Positions 48,393 through 57,921 of a DNA stretch of 64,000 nucleotides are shown here, one piece after another. Source of the stretch: a virus. A program made the position numbers and the translations under genes. How positions within the stretch are numbered: the stretch's first letter is position 1; every line of letters starts with the position of its first letter. The stretch covers positions 16,991-80,990 of the IMG/VR virus record IMGVR_UViG_3300025093_000018, one strand, 5' to 3'. Below the pieces are notes generated by a model. It was given only the letters and a program-made list of their open reading frames with translations, was not told the DNA's origin and did no database searches.

Positions 48393-49778
48393 ATGAAAAA
48401 ACTTTTATTTATTGCACTATTATTGATACCTTTCTTAGGTACATCACAAATAGTGTATACAAACGCAAATGACATTGTGATATTATCAATGAATGATATC
48501 CAGTCAACATACTCAGCTACCTGGGACTTTGATATTGATGGTGATAATCAAAGAGATTTTGTATTTAAAATCAAAAAAGGTAGTATATCAAATTTATTTC
48601 AAAGCCTTTCAATTGCTAAAGACGCAACTTGGGATAATCAAGTATTTACAGAAATAACTGGTAATCCTTTAGGTAGTAATCCAAACACGGACCAAATGGT
48701 TGATATGGAAGGACAATTAGTATGTCCGGGATTATATATTCCATCTCCATATACATCAGCTTGGATAGGTACTCAAGGTTGGTTTGAAGGTACAGCAATT
48801 GAATGGGAAAATGATGATTTACATAATGGAGATATATCTCTCTATTTAGGGTTAGAATTTACAAGAATTCATCCTATTAGTGGTGATACTAATTTACATT
48901 ATGGATATGCACATATTGGATTAGGAGCTAATAGAGCTCTTGTATTACATAGTTATGCATGGAATCCAAACCCTGGAGAATGTATAGTAGCTGATGATTA
49001 TAATTTAGCTAACTCCGGAATAATTTGTACACAAAATGTAACAGTTTATGATACCACAAATATATCAGTATTTGATACTACTATGGTAACAATAAATGAT
49101 ACTACATTTTTTAATGTTCCTATTTGGGATACAATTATTCAAACTGTATTTGATACAACTTTTATTCAATCCAATGATACCATTTATTGGAATGATACAA
49201 TATCATATGTAGACACTACGTATTTTCAATCTAATGATACTATTTATTGGAATGATACTACGTTTGTAACACATGTTGATACAATGACTTTTAATGATAC
49301 AATTACCTATGTGGATACTCTTACATATATTCATATAGATACAAATTGGATTAATTTAGGTACTTATTTAGATACATTAACTATAACAGTCGTCGATACT
49401 ATTATATTTAATGATACTGTCACAACACAAGTTTACGACACTCTCAATTTATATGTAGTAGATACTATATATCAAACAGTTTGGGATACAGTTGATTGTG
49501 GTGGAGGCAGTCCTATAGGAACTGATGATCCAATAGGAAATACTTCAACACTCAGATCTGGTAATTTTGGTTTATATCCAAATCCAGCAGAAACTGTAGT
49601 AAATATTCAAGGTTTCTTTGATGATGTAGCTGATTATTATTTAATAGATATTTTAGGTAGTCGAACGGAAATTAATGATCCAACTATTTATGTTGATCAT
49701 TTTCCACCTGGTATTTATATGATAGAGAAGATACACTCAGACGGAAAACGAGAAGTTGAAAAATTTCAAAAACATTAG
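48393..49778 (+). CDS. T9SS type A C-terminal sorting domain protein with DT-repeat stalk
   Basis: Signal peptide; many xDT repeats; C-terminal LYPNPA...NI...PGIYMI...KFQK. Confidence 0.8.
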   Translation: MKKLLFIALLLIPFLGTSQIVYTNANDIVILSMNDIQSTYSATWDFDIDGDNQRDFVFKIKKGSISNLFQSLSIAKDATWDNQVFTEITGNPLGSNPNTDQMVDMEGQLVCPGLYIPSPYTSAWIGTQGWFEGTAIEWENDDLHNGDISLYLGLEFTRIHPISGDTNLHYGYAHIGLGANRALVLHSYAWNPNPGECIVADDYNLANSGIICTQNVTVYDTTNISVFDTTMVTINDTTFFNVPIWDTIIQTVFDTTFIQSNDTIYWNDTISYVDTTYFQSNDTIYWNDTTFVTHVDTMTFNDTITYVDTLTYIHIDTNWINLGTYLDTLTITVVDTIIFNDTVTTQVYDTLNLYVVDTIYQTVWDTVDCGGGSPIGTDDPIGNTSTLRSGNFGLYPNPAETVVNIQGFFDDVADYYLIDILGSRTEINDPTIYVDHFPPGIYMIEKIHSDGKREVEKFQKH

Positions 49779-50039
49779 ATAATGGGGCCAATTAATTTTG
49801 GTCCCTTTCTATAATAACCATAGCATCATATCACGGGACGTAAAGGATTTTTTATCCCAGTATTTATACTGAATAGCTTAAATTAAATGGACAAAGAAAG
49901 CACGTGAAGATTTGCACTTAAATACTATTCGAAAAATGGTAGATTGTCACTGCCCATCGGATGTCCTGGGTAACTATACTTTGTATACAATCAAGGTCCG
50001 GTAAGTATAGCGTTTAGTATTTATTTAAAATTAAAAGTC

Positions 50040-50492
50040 ATGAATACTAAAATTAAAATGTGGGTTGGTTACATATGTTCTATTTTATGTATTTTACTTA
50101 TGGTATCAATGCATAAACATGTACCAACAGCAGCAACTGCAATTATTTTATCTGCAATATTTTTCTGGGTAGGACAATATTATAATTCAAAAATACCCAA
50201 AATTTGTAAAGCTAAACCTATTGAAGACGTTTTTGATCTTCATTTTATGTCTCAAATCGGTTATACTATAATCAAGGATGATGCATATGGTGAAGCTCAT
50301 AGTCAAAGAATAATAGGTAAAACTATTATTTATTGGAATAGAAAAGGCCCTAAATTTGATTACTTTGGTGATCCATTAGAACCTGGTGCAATATATTTAG
50401 GTATAAAAGAAGATGGTGGTACAAGAACTGTCTTTCATGGTTATATCTATAGTCGTGAAGAATTATTGTTAATTCTTAAACGAATCTTGTAA
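50040..50492 (+). CDS. Membrane-anchored hypothetical protein
   Basis: Two N-terminal TM segments. Confidence 0.55.
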   Translation: MNTKIKMWVGYICSILCILLMVSMHKHVPTAATAIILSAIFFWVGQYYNSKIPKICKAKPIEDVFDLHFMSQIGYTIIKDDAYGEAHSQRIIGKTIIYWNRKGPKFDYFGDPLEPGAIYLGIKEDGGTRTVFHGYIYSREELLLILKRIL

Positions 50493-50613
50493 ATAACTGA
50501 AGCATGTCTTTTTAGTCATGATGGTTATTTAATTTTGTGGTTAGAGAGGGTACAATGTACTCTCTCTTTTCATAAATTAATTAAAAAATTTATAAAAACT
50601 AAACTTAAATAAA

Positions 50614-51165
50614 ATGAAAACAACAATTAAATTATTCATCGTACTTATAATTGGAGCAATAACTTTTTCAAGTTGTAATAAAGGTATTGCCTTTAATCAA
50701 CGTGTTCAAGACAAATATAGTCTTACTAAACAAGATATTCCTAATATGCAATTTTTTGTATCTAGTGATATCATGCTTGAAAGAAGTGAAAAAATCGTTC
50801 CAAAAAAGAGATTTGATTCTCATGGAAAATTAATAGTAAATACTTACTCTTCAATGAATCTTATTAAGATTGATGCGAAGACTCCAGGTGTATGTGTTAA
50901 AGTATATGGAGACCGTAAACTTGCTATTACTTTCTTTGATGATGAAAGTAAACAATTAATATTTGGCGACCCTGATAACATCGGTAAGTATAAATTATTA
51001 GCTGAATCGTGGGAAAATGGTAAAGGTAAAATAAAATTAGGAGGAATTACATACCATATTAGACCCGGCGGATCTAAAGCTTATTTAAAGTTTAAGATTT
51101 CTAGAGTTGATACTGAAGACACTGTTATACAGAGTGCTAAAGGTAGAAAAGTCTATAAAGATTAA
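50614..51165 (+). CDS. Lipoprotein
   Basis: Signal peptide with FSSC lipobox. Confidence 0.65.
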   Translation: MKTTIKLFIVLIIGAITFSSCNKGIAFNQRVQDKYSLTKQDIPNMQFFVSSDIMLERSEKIVPKKRFDSHGKLIVNTYSSMNLIKIDAKTPGVCVKVYGDRKLAITFFDDESKQLIFGDPDNIGKYKLLAESWENGKGKIKLGGITYHIRPGGSKAYLKFKISRVDTEDTVIQSAKGRKVYKD

Positions 51166-51170
51166 ATTTT

Positions 51171-51635
51171 ATGAACGAAACAATCAATCAACAAGAAGGA
51201 GTAGTCGAAGAGGCTACTCCTCAATTTACTGAAAAAGAGCAAGCAATTGCTAAAATGAGATATTATGGTCAACAATCTGGTAAAGGATTTAGACCTAATA
51301 ATACTAAAGGTTCTAACCGTGGTGTTAAATTAACTAAAAATGATCAAAAAAGAATTGGTAAAGCATATGAAAAATATGTCGACTATTATTTTGAATTATC
51401 TTTAGATGATTTAGAAGCAATGATAGAGGATAATATTGCTTATAAAATTGTCGAAGATAAAAAAGTTAAATTAACAGGTACAGAACTTGAAGCATTTGCT
51501 AACTCATATAACTTCAAACTTAGAGAGAAGATTCATAAAGAAGAAGAAGAAAAAGAGAAAAGAGAAGAAGAAGAAAACTCTAAAAAAGAAGAAAAATCTG
51601 AGGATATTCCACAAATAACTGTGGACCCTAAATAA
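51171..51635 (+). CDS. Hypothetical protein
   Basis: E/K-rich ORF. Confidence 0.55.
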   Translation: MNETINQQEGVVEEATPQFTEKEQAIAKMRYYGQQSGKGFRPNNTKGSNRGVKLTKNDQKRIGKAYEKYVDYYFELSLDDLEAMIEDNIAYKIVEDKKVKLTGTELEAFANSYNFKLREKIHKEEEEKEKREEEENSKKEEKSEDIPQITVDPK

Positions 51636-51841
51636 ATCTTATATACAGAGTCTCAAATAAAGTATATAAGTGGTTTGGACAGAGTTTAGCCATAAAATTT
51701 TGTACGTAGTTTTTAAGAGTTAGCTTATTGGCGACATCAAAAAGCACTCCTATTATACAGGGAAAGTATAAGAACAGACTAAAGAAAGGGGGAAAAAGTA
51801 TACTTAGTACCCCTTTTTTATTTAACTAAAATTAAACTAAT

Positions 51842-52216
51842 ATGAAAAAATTATTTTTTATGGTATGTTTACTACTAGGTAGTTTAAGCATGCAAGCGCA
51901 ATGCGCGATCGAATTACAAAATGAAGGTATATTTGCTGACCCTAAATCAGGACAAATAGTTAACTTCAGTGTAAATGGGTTAGAAATTACATTTCAAGAT
52001 CCAAATTTGGTAACTGACACTAGTCAAATTGAAATTATTCAATTATTAAATCTTAATGGGCAAAATTGTGCATTCTTAACTATAGAACATAATTATAAAG
52101 AACTTACTTTAATAGTTTGGCCTAATAATTTAAATAAAATAGGTATTTATGCCGGTGAAGAACAAGATGAACATGGCGATCCTATTATTATGATTCAAGA
52201 ATTTAAACGTATCTAG
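51842..52216 (+). CDS. Exported hypothetical protein
   Basis: Signal peptide ending MQA-Q. Confidence 0.6.
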   Translation: MKKLFFMVCLLLGSLSMQAQCAIELQNEGIFADPKSGQIVNFSVNGLEITFQDPNLVTDTSQIEIIQLLNLNGQNCAFLTIEHNYKELTLIVWPNNLNKIGIYAGEEQDEHGDPIIMIQEFKRI

Positions 52217-52218
52217 CT

Positions 52219-52821
52219 ATGAAAAAGTTACCACAAGAGCAAGAAAAACAAGAGCAAGATGCAGTAATGAATTATATGAAACCTTATAAAGTGAACTTAG
52301 TAGCCCTAGGTTCACTTGTTAGGGATCATGAAGGGTATCTTTATCTTTTACATAATGGTATTGTTTCTGACTATAGAAACGATGTAAATACTACATCTGA
52401 AAATATAAATCTTCAAACATTTAATGGTAATTCTGGTCATATCCATTTACCAATAGTAAATTTTGATGGTACTTTAGTTATGTTATTAGATAATATAACT
52501 CCTTACCATCGAAAAGTACTTCAATGTGGGGAATTTAATCCAGTAGTTAATCAAGGCGTAATAAATGAAAGTCATCCTATAGAATTTTACTCTGTAGATG
52601 ACCCAGATTTATTAGAAGAGTTAACTATTGAAGGAATGCATCAATTGATGAAATTTTATGCAGCTACTGAACAATATAATTGTGCCGCAATAGTTCGTAA
52701 AAGAATTGAAGACGATGAATTTCTAGAAAAGTTAGATCCTGAACTTGATAATATTAATATGCCTTATGAAACTGCTAATGAGCTAGCACAAAAGATAGGT
52801 TTAAAAATTGTTGAGCCATAA
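52219..52821 (+). CDS. Hypothetical protein with UVR-like motif
   Basis: MKFYAATEQYNCAAIVRKRI resembles the UvrB/UvrC (UVR) motif. Confidence 0.45.
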   Translation: MKKLPQEQEKQEQDAVMNYMKPYKVNLVALGSLVRDHEGYLYLLHNGIVSDYRNDVNTTSENINLQTFNGNSGHIHLPIVNFDGTLVMLLDNITPYHRKVLQCGEFNPVVNQGVINESHPIEFYSVDDPDLLEELTIEGMHQLMKFYAATEQYNCAAIVRKRIEDDEFLEKLDPELDNINMPYETANELAQKIGLKIVEP

Positions 52822-52861
52822 TTTCTTATTGTTATTTGAAAGTTTAAGGTTAAACAATGGC

Positions 52862-52976
52862 ATGCCTATTAGCTCAAATGGTAGAGTATTATTATATTTC
52901 ACGGGGGATGCTCGTGTTTTAAAGAGCTTGCTCGAATATAATAAAGGTTATAGGTTCGAACCCTATATAGGCATCA
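52862..52976 (+). ncRNA. tRNA-like RNA with expanded, branched anticodon domain
   Basis: Acceptor TGCCTAT/ATAGGCA; D-arm GCTC-AAATGGTA-GAGT; T-arm ATAGG-TTCGAAC-CCTAT; 11-bp stem enclosing two hairpins in place of the anticodon loop. Confidence 0.7.
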
Positions 52977-53097
52977 CTTAGTATGATGGGTTGAGTCGCT
53001 TTAGGGTGACTTGTGAAGTTGGATTATTAAGTTTAGTTTTAGTTAGGCAGAGGGTAATTTTATTACTCTCTGCTAATAACCATAAAATTAAATTAAA

Positions 53098-53709
53098 ATG
53101 AATACAAATAAAATAAGCCCATTAATTATATATTCTGGTGATTTAAAAGAATGTATTGAATTTAGATATAGGTATAATCGATTATTAGAAAACCCAATAG
53201 CTAAAGAAATATTAGAAAATCTAGATATAATGTTTCAAGAAATTAATGCCAGTATTGAGAAATTAAATGCTGGAGGTTGCGGTGTATTTGCTTATTATAT
53301 GTCTAAAAAATTTAAAGAAGTTAATATACCTCATCAAATACTAGTTTCTGATACATTTCGAGGAGAACATTGGGATTGGGAAACTAGAAATCTTGAATAT
53401 TTAAATGGTAATATCAATACTTTATCTTGTTCACATGTATTTATAAAATTATGGGGATTAATGTTTGATGGATATGGATGGTTAATTGAACATAAACATA
53501 GAAGTGAATTTAATGTGCATGCTATTTTAGATTTAACTGAAGGTAAAACTATTATTGATAATACACATTATGACCCAATTGTAGGTGAATTTGATTTTAA
53601 CTTATTAAAATGTTCTGCTATTGATAGTAATGGAGCAGGGTGGAACCCTAAATATAATCGAACACAAAATGAAATAATTGAAACTATAATAGAAAATCGA
53701 TTTAACTAA
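53098..53709 (+). CDS. Hypothetical protein with possible Cys-His-Asp (papain/transglutaminase-like) triad
   Basis: LNAGGCGVFA...SHVFI...MFDG. Confidence 0.45.
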   Translation: MNTNKISPLIIYSGDLKECIEFRYRYNRLLENPIAKEILENLDIMFQEINASIEKLNAGGCGVFAYYMSKKFKEVNIPHQILVSDTFRGEHWDWETRNLEYLNGNINTLSCSHVFIKLWGLMFDGYGWLIEHKHRSEFNVHAILDLTEGKTIIDNTHYDPIVGEFDFNLLKCSAIDSNGAGWNPKYNRTQNEIIETIIENRFN

Positions 53710-53720
53710 ACTAAACTAGT

Positions 53721-54044
53721 ATGAAAAATTTACTAAATAAATTATTAGTCACATACAAAGAAAGATGTGATAGATGTCTTTGTGATACTATTGATTATGT
53801 AAATATATCAAAAGAATTTAAAAATGAATTAAAAGAATTCATAGATAAAAAATTAGAAGAAACACCAGCTAATAAATTATGGTATTCTGATAATATGACT
53901 ATAAATGAAAAAGATAATTTAGATAATCTTACTCCCTCTAAAAGAGATATAAATCCTAAAACTAAAAGAGGTTTATATTTATTTAAACCTGGTGATGTTA
54001 AATCTAGAATTAAATTTTTAGAAGATGAAATAAATAAATTATAA
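53721..54044 (+). CDS. Hypothetical protein
   Basis: CLC...SRIKFLE; resembles 57595-57915. Confidence 0.5.
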   Translation: MKNLLNKLLVTYKERCDRCLCDTIDYVNISKEFKNELKEFIDKKLEETPANKLWYSDNMTINEKDNLDNLTPSKRDINPKTKRGLYLFKPGDVKSRIKFLEDEINKL

Positions 54045-54242
54045 ATATCATTCCATCGTGTAATGCGGTTATTATAACCGGGTCTGAGTTATGATATTAT
54101 TTAAAATTCTCTTCCCATATGGGATAATTTGTATAATTAATCTGTGGGGGTTTAAACACCTCGGATATCGTAAGATAACTCAGAAACTTCAATGGGCGGA
54201 AAGTCGAAGTTTTTCTAATGAGTATGCTCTGTTTATATCAAT

Positions 54243-54305
54243 ATACTAGTAAGTCATAGAGTTGACAGTGAAAACGTATAGGTTAAAGTCCTATTTAGTG
54301 TCACC
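54243..54305 (+). ncRNA. Anticodon-less tRNA-like element
   Basis: ATACTAG/TTAGTGT acceptor, GTCA/TGAC D-like arm, GT-GAAA-AC mini-hairpin, ATAGG-TTAAAGT-CCTAT T-like arm. Confidence 0.5.
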
Positions 54306-54374
54306 TAGTTAGAATTATTTGGTTGTGCACAGCCATGAGAGAATTTATTTAACTAAAATTAAAAAACTAAAACT

Positions 54375-54908
54375 ATGAACTTTCAAATAATACCAAATGA
54401 ACAAACACCTGCAGTTCCAAGAACTGATGATGTTGAAGTATTTATTAATGATAATAAAGAATTAATATATGCATTTAAATCATACGCAGAGTCATTAGAT
54501 AATTGCGCAGGTCTTGCTGCTAATCAATGTTCTTTAAACGACAAACGTTTAATGAAAAGAATTATTGCTGTAAGAAACCCAGAAACTAAAGAATTTATTA
54601 TAGCTATAAATCCAATGATTATATTCAACTCAAAAGAAGAAAAAATTTGTGTTGAAGGATGTTTAACCTGGAAAGAAAAGAATATTATAGCTAATCGTTA
54701 TAAATCAATTGTAGTTGAATATTATAATGAAGAAGGAGAATTAAAAGAAATACATGCTGATAATTTTCATGCTCAAATTTGGCAACATGAAATAAACCAT
54801 ATTAATGGTGTAGAAGAAATGTTTGAATTTCCAATTAAAGTTCAAAATAATGAACTATGTCCTTGTGGATCCGGAAACAAATTTAAAAAATGTTGTAAAT
54901 TTAAATAA
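54375..54908 (+). CDS. def: Peptide deformylase with C-terminal SEC-C motif
   Basis: GLAANQ, EGCLT and QHEINH motifs; C-terminal NELCPCGSGNKFKKCC. Confidence 0.9.
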   Translation: MNFQIIPNEQTPAVPRTDDVEVFINDNKELIYAFKSYAESLDNCAGLAANQCSLNDKRLMKRIIAVRNPETKEFIIAINPMIIFNSKEEKICVEGCLTWKEKNIIANRYKSIVVEYYNEEGELKEIHADNFHAQIWQHEINHINGVEEMFEFPIKVQNNELCPCGSGNKFKKCCKFK

Positions 54909-55782
54909 TACTAATCCTACATCACTTACTAGTACTATTAGGAACGGAGTAAAAGGAGAAGTCCTGATGTTAGGCTTAAAGACCTTCTAAAGATAACAAG
55001 GTGATCCGGCAGAGACACCGATAGAAAGATTTCACAACCGATACCTTGCAGTCGCACTGTTTAAATGGCGGAAAGGGTATATACATTCAAATATTAGGAA
55101 GTATATTATCTGATAATTTGGAGGAATCACTAGACAAAAAAGAAGCCTTGAAGGTCTTTTAGAAATTAATAGTCATAAGGTCGATACGTTCAAACCAATA
55201 GGTTAACCACTAAATAGGAAATCGTTTAGGGGCTAATGGATGAGACCTAAGTGACTATTATTAATCTCTCTGCTTGAAAATAAACAGTAATATAGTCGCT
55301 TAGTACGAATACGAGTGTTAAAGGTTAAGAACGTTTAATACTTAGGACAATAAAGGAGATGACGTATTACAAACTGCTCCAACAATTGTTGTTTATTAGA
55401 TAGGACGAATGTAATTAAAAAGCGTAATGGGTTTATCGAATTTCCCACATTAATAAAAAAAAATACAAAGCCGAGTGTTGCACTCAATTATTATTCAATG
55501 TCTCCAATGGAACGGACAGAGAGATTATTTAAAACTTATAGAGAAAATAATTAAACTTATTGTACAATAGCGAGTCTGGCGCTTCCATGAGCTCTGAACC
55601 AGAAATTGTTAACTCATGGGTCATATTAACGGTTCCCAAATACCAAGTAAGTTAAGGTAAAAGACTTACATAATCAACTAGTAAGGTGGTATAGTTGGAT
55701 TCTACATTGTAATAGAATTAAAGTCTACTGTTGAACCGTGGTAGACAGCCTTTAAATTTAAATATATACTAAAATTAAACAA

Positions 55783-56106
55783 ATGAAAAACTTAATATTA
55801 TTAAAAGATTTACCCGCAATAGAAATATATGGAGTAATTTATCAAAGACCAGCTGGTACAGTTTATGCTTGGGATGGTGATGAAGAATGGGATTTAATAC
55901 CAGAATATACTGGAGGAAATATTACAAAAGAAGATTTAAAAAATAATTCTGATTTTTATAAGCTTACTACTAAAACCCCAACATATAATAAACCTCTTGA
56001 AATAAATAATAAACCAGTTGTATTTTTAAAGGGGGAAATAAAAATAGGTTGTGTTAATGTTGATAATAAAACTGTTTTAGAAATAGCATCTTTATTAAAA
56101 GATTAA
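55783..56106 (+). CDS. Hypothetical protein
   Basis: LLKDLP N-terminus, IKIGC C-terminus. Confidence 0.55.
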   Translation: MKNLILLKDLPAIEIYGVIYQRPAGTVYAWDGDEEWDLIPEYTGGNITKEDLKNNSDFYKLTTKTPTYNKPLEINNKPVVFLKGEIKIGCVNVDNKTVLEIASLLKD

Positions 56107-56283
56107 AGATAAACGTTTCGGTAGATTTAGCCGCTTAACGTGGGTGTTGTAGTTTATACCTGTGAAGAGAACCCAAAAACTACAGTCGTCATATACTAAA
56201 ATATGTCCGATAATAAATCAAAGAGAGGGGATTGGCCTTATATTCCCCTCTTTCTTTAAAAAACATTTATTATATTAAAAACT

Positions 56284-56600
56284 TAATTACTGTTAGGCTT
56301 TTATACTTAACTGTTTGGACGAGGGTTCGAATCCCTCCGACTCCACAACGCATCAGTTAGCGAAGGTAGAAAACGCTTGCGTAAACCTACCTAAAAAATT
56401 GGCAGAGTACCCGGAGATACTTGTACACTAAATGGTTGAAATAACCACTGCCAACAATATGGGGTCGTTTTTGGTTTTGACAGCAGAAGACGAGGTATTA
56501 GATAGGTAATTATAATCTCTTAAACGGAGAATTTGATATGGAGCACAATCCATTTATTGTGCAAGAAGAAGCAGTTGCTGAGAAATTGGCAGCCTAATCT
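56284..56600 (+). ncRNA. ssrA: Circularly permuted (two-piece) tmRNA
   Basis: 3' piece first (GAC-GAGGG-TTCGAAT-CCCTC-CGACTCC-A, ending 56345). 5' piece GGGGTCG...TTTTGAC starts at 56461. Acceptor stem has G3-U70. Tag frame 56526-56597 reads GEFDMEHNPFIVQEEAVAEKLAA*. Confidence 0.85.
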
Positions 56601-56604
56601 CATT

Positions 56605-56640
56605 AGTCCCGGTGAAGTATAGTACCCGGGACTTCTTATT
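56605..56640 (+). terminator. Hairpin/terminator closing the tmRNA coding piece
   Basis: AGTCCCGG...CCGGGACT followed by TCTTATT. Confidence 0.55.
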
Positions 56641-56655
56641 GAACTAAAATGAAAT

Positions 56656-57042
56656 ATGGAAAGAGATATTCTAATCAAAAAAATTACAGAAGGTAACCCA
56701 GATAAAACTACAATACTTACTTGGATAAGATCTTTACCTAATTACAATAAATTAAAACCATCTACTTATAAAAAAGGAGATATATTGATGCATCCAATAT
56801 TTGCGCATCCTTATATACTTATTGAATATCATGAAGATAGAGGTTGGATTTGTTGTATGTTAACAAGTAAAGAAGAATGCGATGAAGTATTAGTTAAATG
56901 TAATTCAAGGTTTTTACCTGATTCTTATGTAACTAAAATGTTATTTACAATTAATGAGCCTGTTGGATCTTATATGGGGCCTTATGAAAATAATACTCAA
57001 TTAAATTCTATTATTAGAAAATTAAAGAAAATATTTAAATAA
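56656..57042 (+). CDS. Hypothetical protein (possible SH3/PemK-like fold)
   Basis: KKGDIL...HPYILI...CCMLTS. Confidence 0.45.
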   Translation: MERDILIKKITEGNPDKTTILTWIRSLPNYNKLKPSTYKKGDILMHPIFAHPYILIEYHEDRGWICCMLTSKEECDEVLVKCNSRFLPDSYVTKMLFTINEPVGSYMGPYENNTQLNSIIRKLKKIFK

Positions 57043-57051
57043 AAATTAACT

Positions 57052-57294
57052 ATGAAGCGAGTACATCAACACATCGCTCTTAAAAGAAGAAGAGAAGGTG
57101 TAAAAGAGCGTTTAGAAGCTCAACTTGAAAGTGGAGTTAAGCCAATAAAAGGCAAACCAGGTGAATTTATTCCTTTAACACCTCAAGATATTAAAAGGAT
57201 AAATAAAGAAATTGAAGTTCTTAATGGTCCTATTATGAAGTATCGTAAAAAGAATCGTAAATATGATAAAAAAGGTAATAAATTAGGAGCTTAA
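57052..57294 (+). CDS. Small basic protein
   Basis: K/R-rich ORF. Confidence 0.55.
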   Translation: MKRVHQHIALKRRREGVKERLEAQLESGVKPIKGKPGEFIPLTPQDIKRINKEIEVLNGPIMKYRKKNRKYDKKGNKLGA

Positions 57295-57594
57295 AAATAT
57301 TATAGGGTGGACAACTTTTCAAAGAGACAAACAAGCCCCTACAATTGAAGGAAAGAAAGGGGGTATAAGTTATAAGTAAGTCTGGTAGTCATGTCCACGC
57401 TGAATCCTCTGGCAATGAGTGAAATATTTCGTCGATGATCACGATGGCCTGTACTTTCCAAAATTTATAAAAAATATTTATTATGTGTGAATTTATAAGA
57501 GATCTTATATTTTATGGTCTATTATTTATGGCTGCAGGTATTGCATGGATATTAGCTAAAATATTTCCATCTAAAAAATCCACTCGTCATTTAT

Positions 57595-57915
57595 ATGATT
57601 ACTATCCATAAACTAAACTTAATTAAAATGAAAGAAATATTACAAAAAGTTTTAGAAGAATTAAAAAATGATAGAGAAATACATGATGATGGTCATTTTT
57701 TATGTATTTTAGCTAGACAAGTACTAGATAAATATGATTATAATATATTTAAAGATTATTTATATTCTAATGTAGATAATATTATATTACCTGATCATGA
57801 TATTACTTTTAAAGAATTTAAAAAAGAAAATAATACACATCACACAGCTATTTGGAAAGGTAATGAATATGAAGCTAGACTTAAGTGGTTAACTAAACAT
57901 ATATCTTTAAACTAA
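57595..57915 (+). CDS. Hypothetical protein
   Basis: FLC...W...RLKWL; likely start 57628. Confidence 0.5.
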   Translation: MITIHKLNLIKMKEILQKVLEELKNDREIHDDGHFLCILARQVLDKYDYNIFKDYLYSNVDNIILPDHDITFKEFKKENNTHHTAIWKGNEYEARLKWLTKHISLN

Positions 57916-57921
57916 AAAATT

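Noticed and set aside
47171-56655. Recurrent AACTAAAATTAAA before start codons as a novel regulator
   Set aside because: Consistent with ordinary A-rich, SD-less Bacteroidota translation initiation regions
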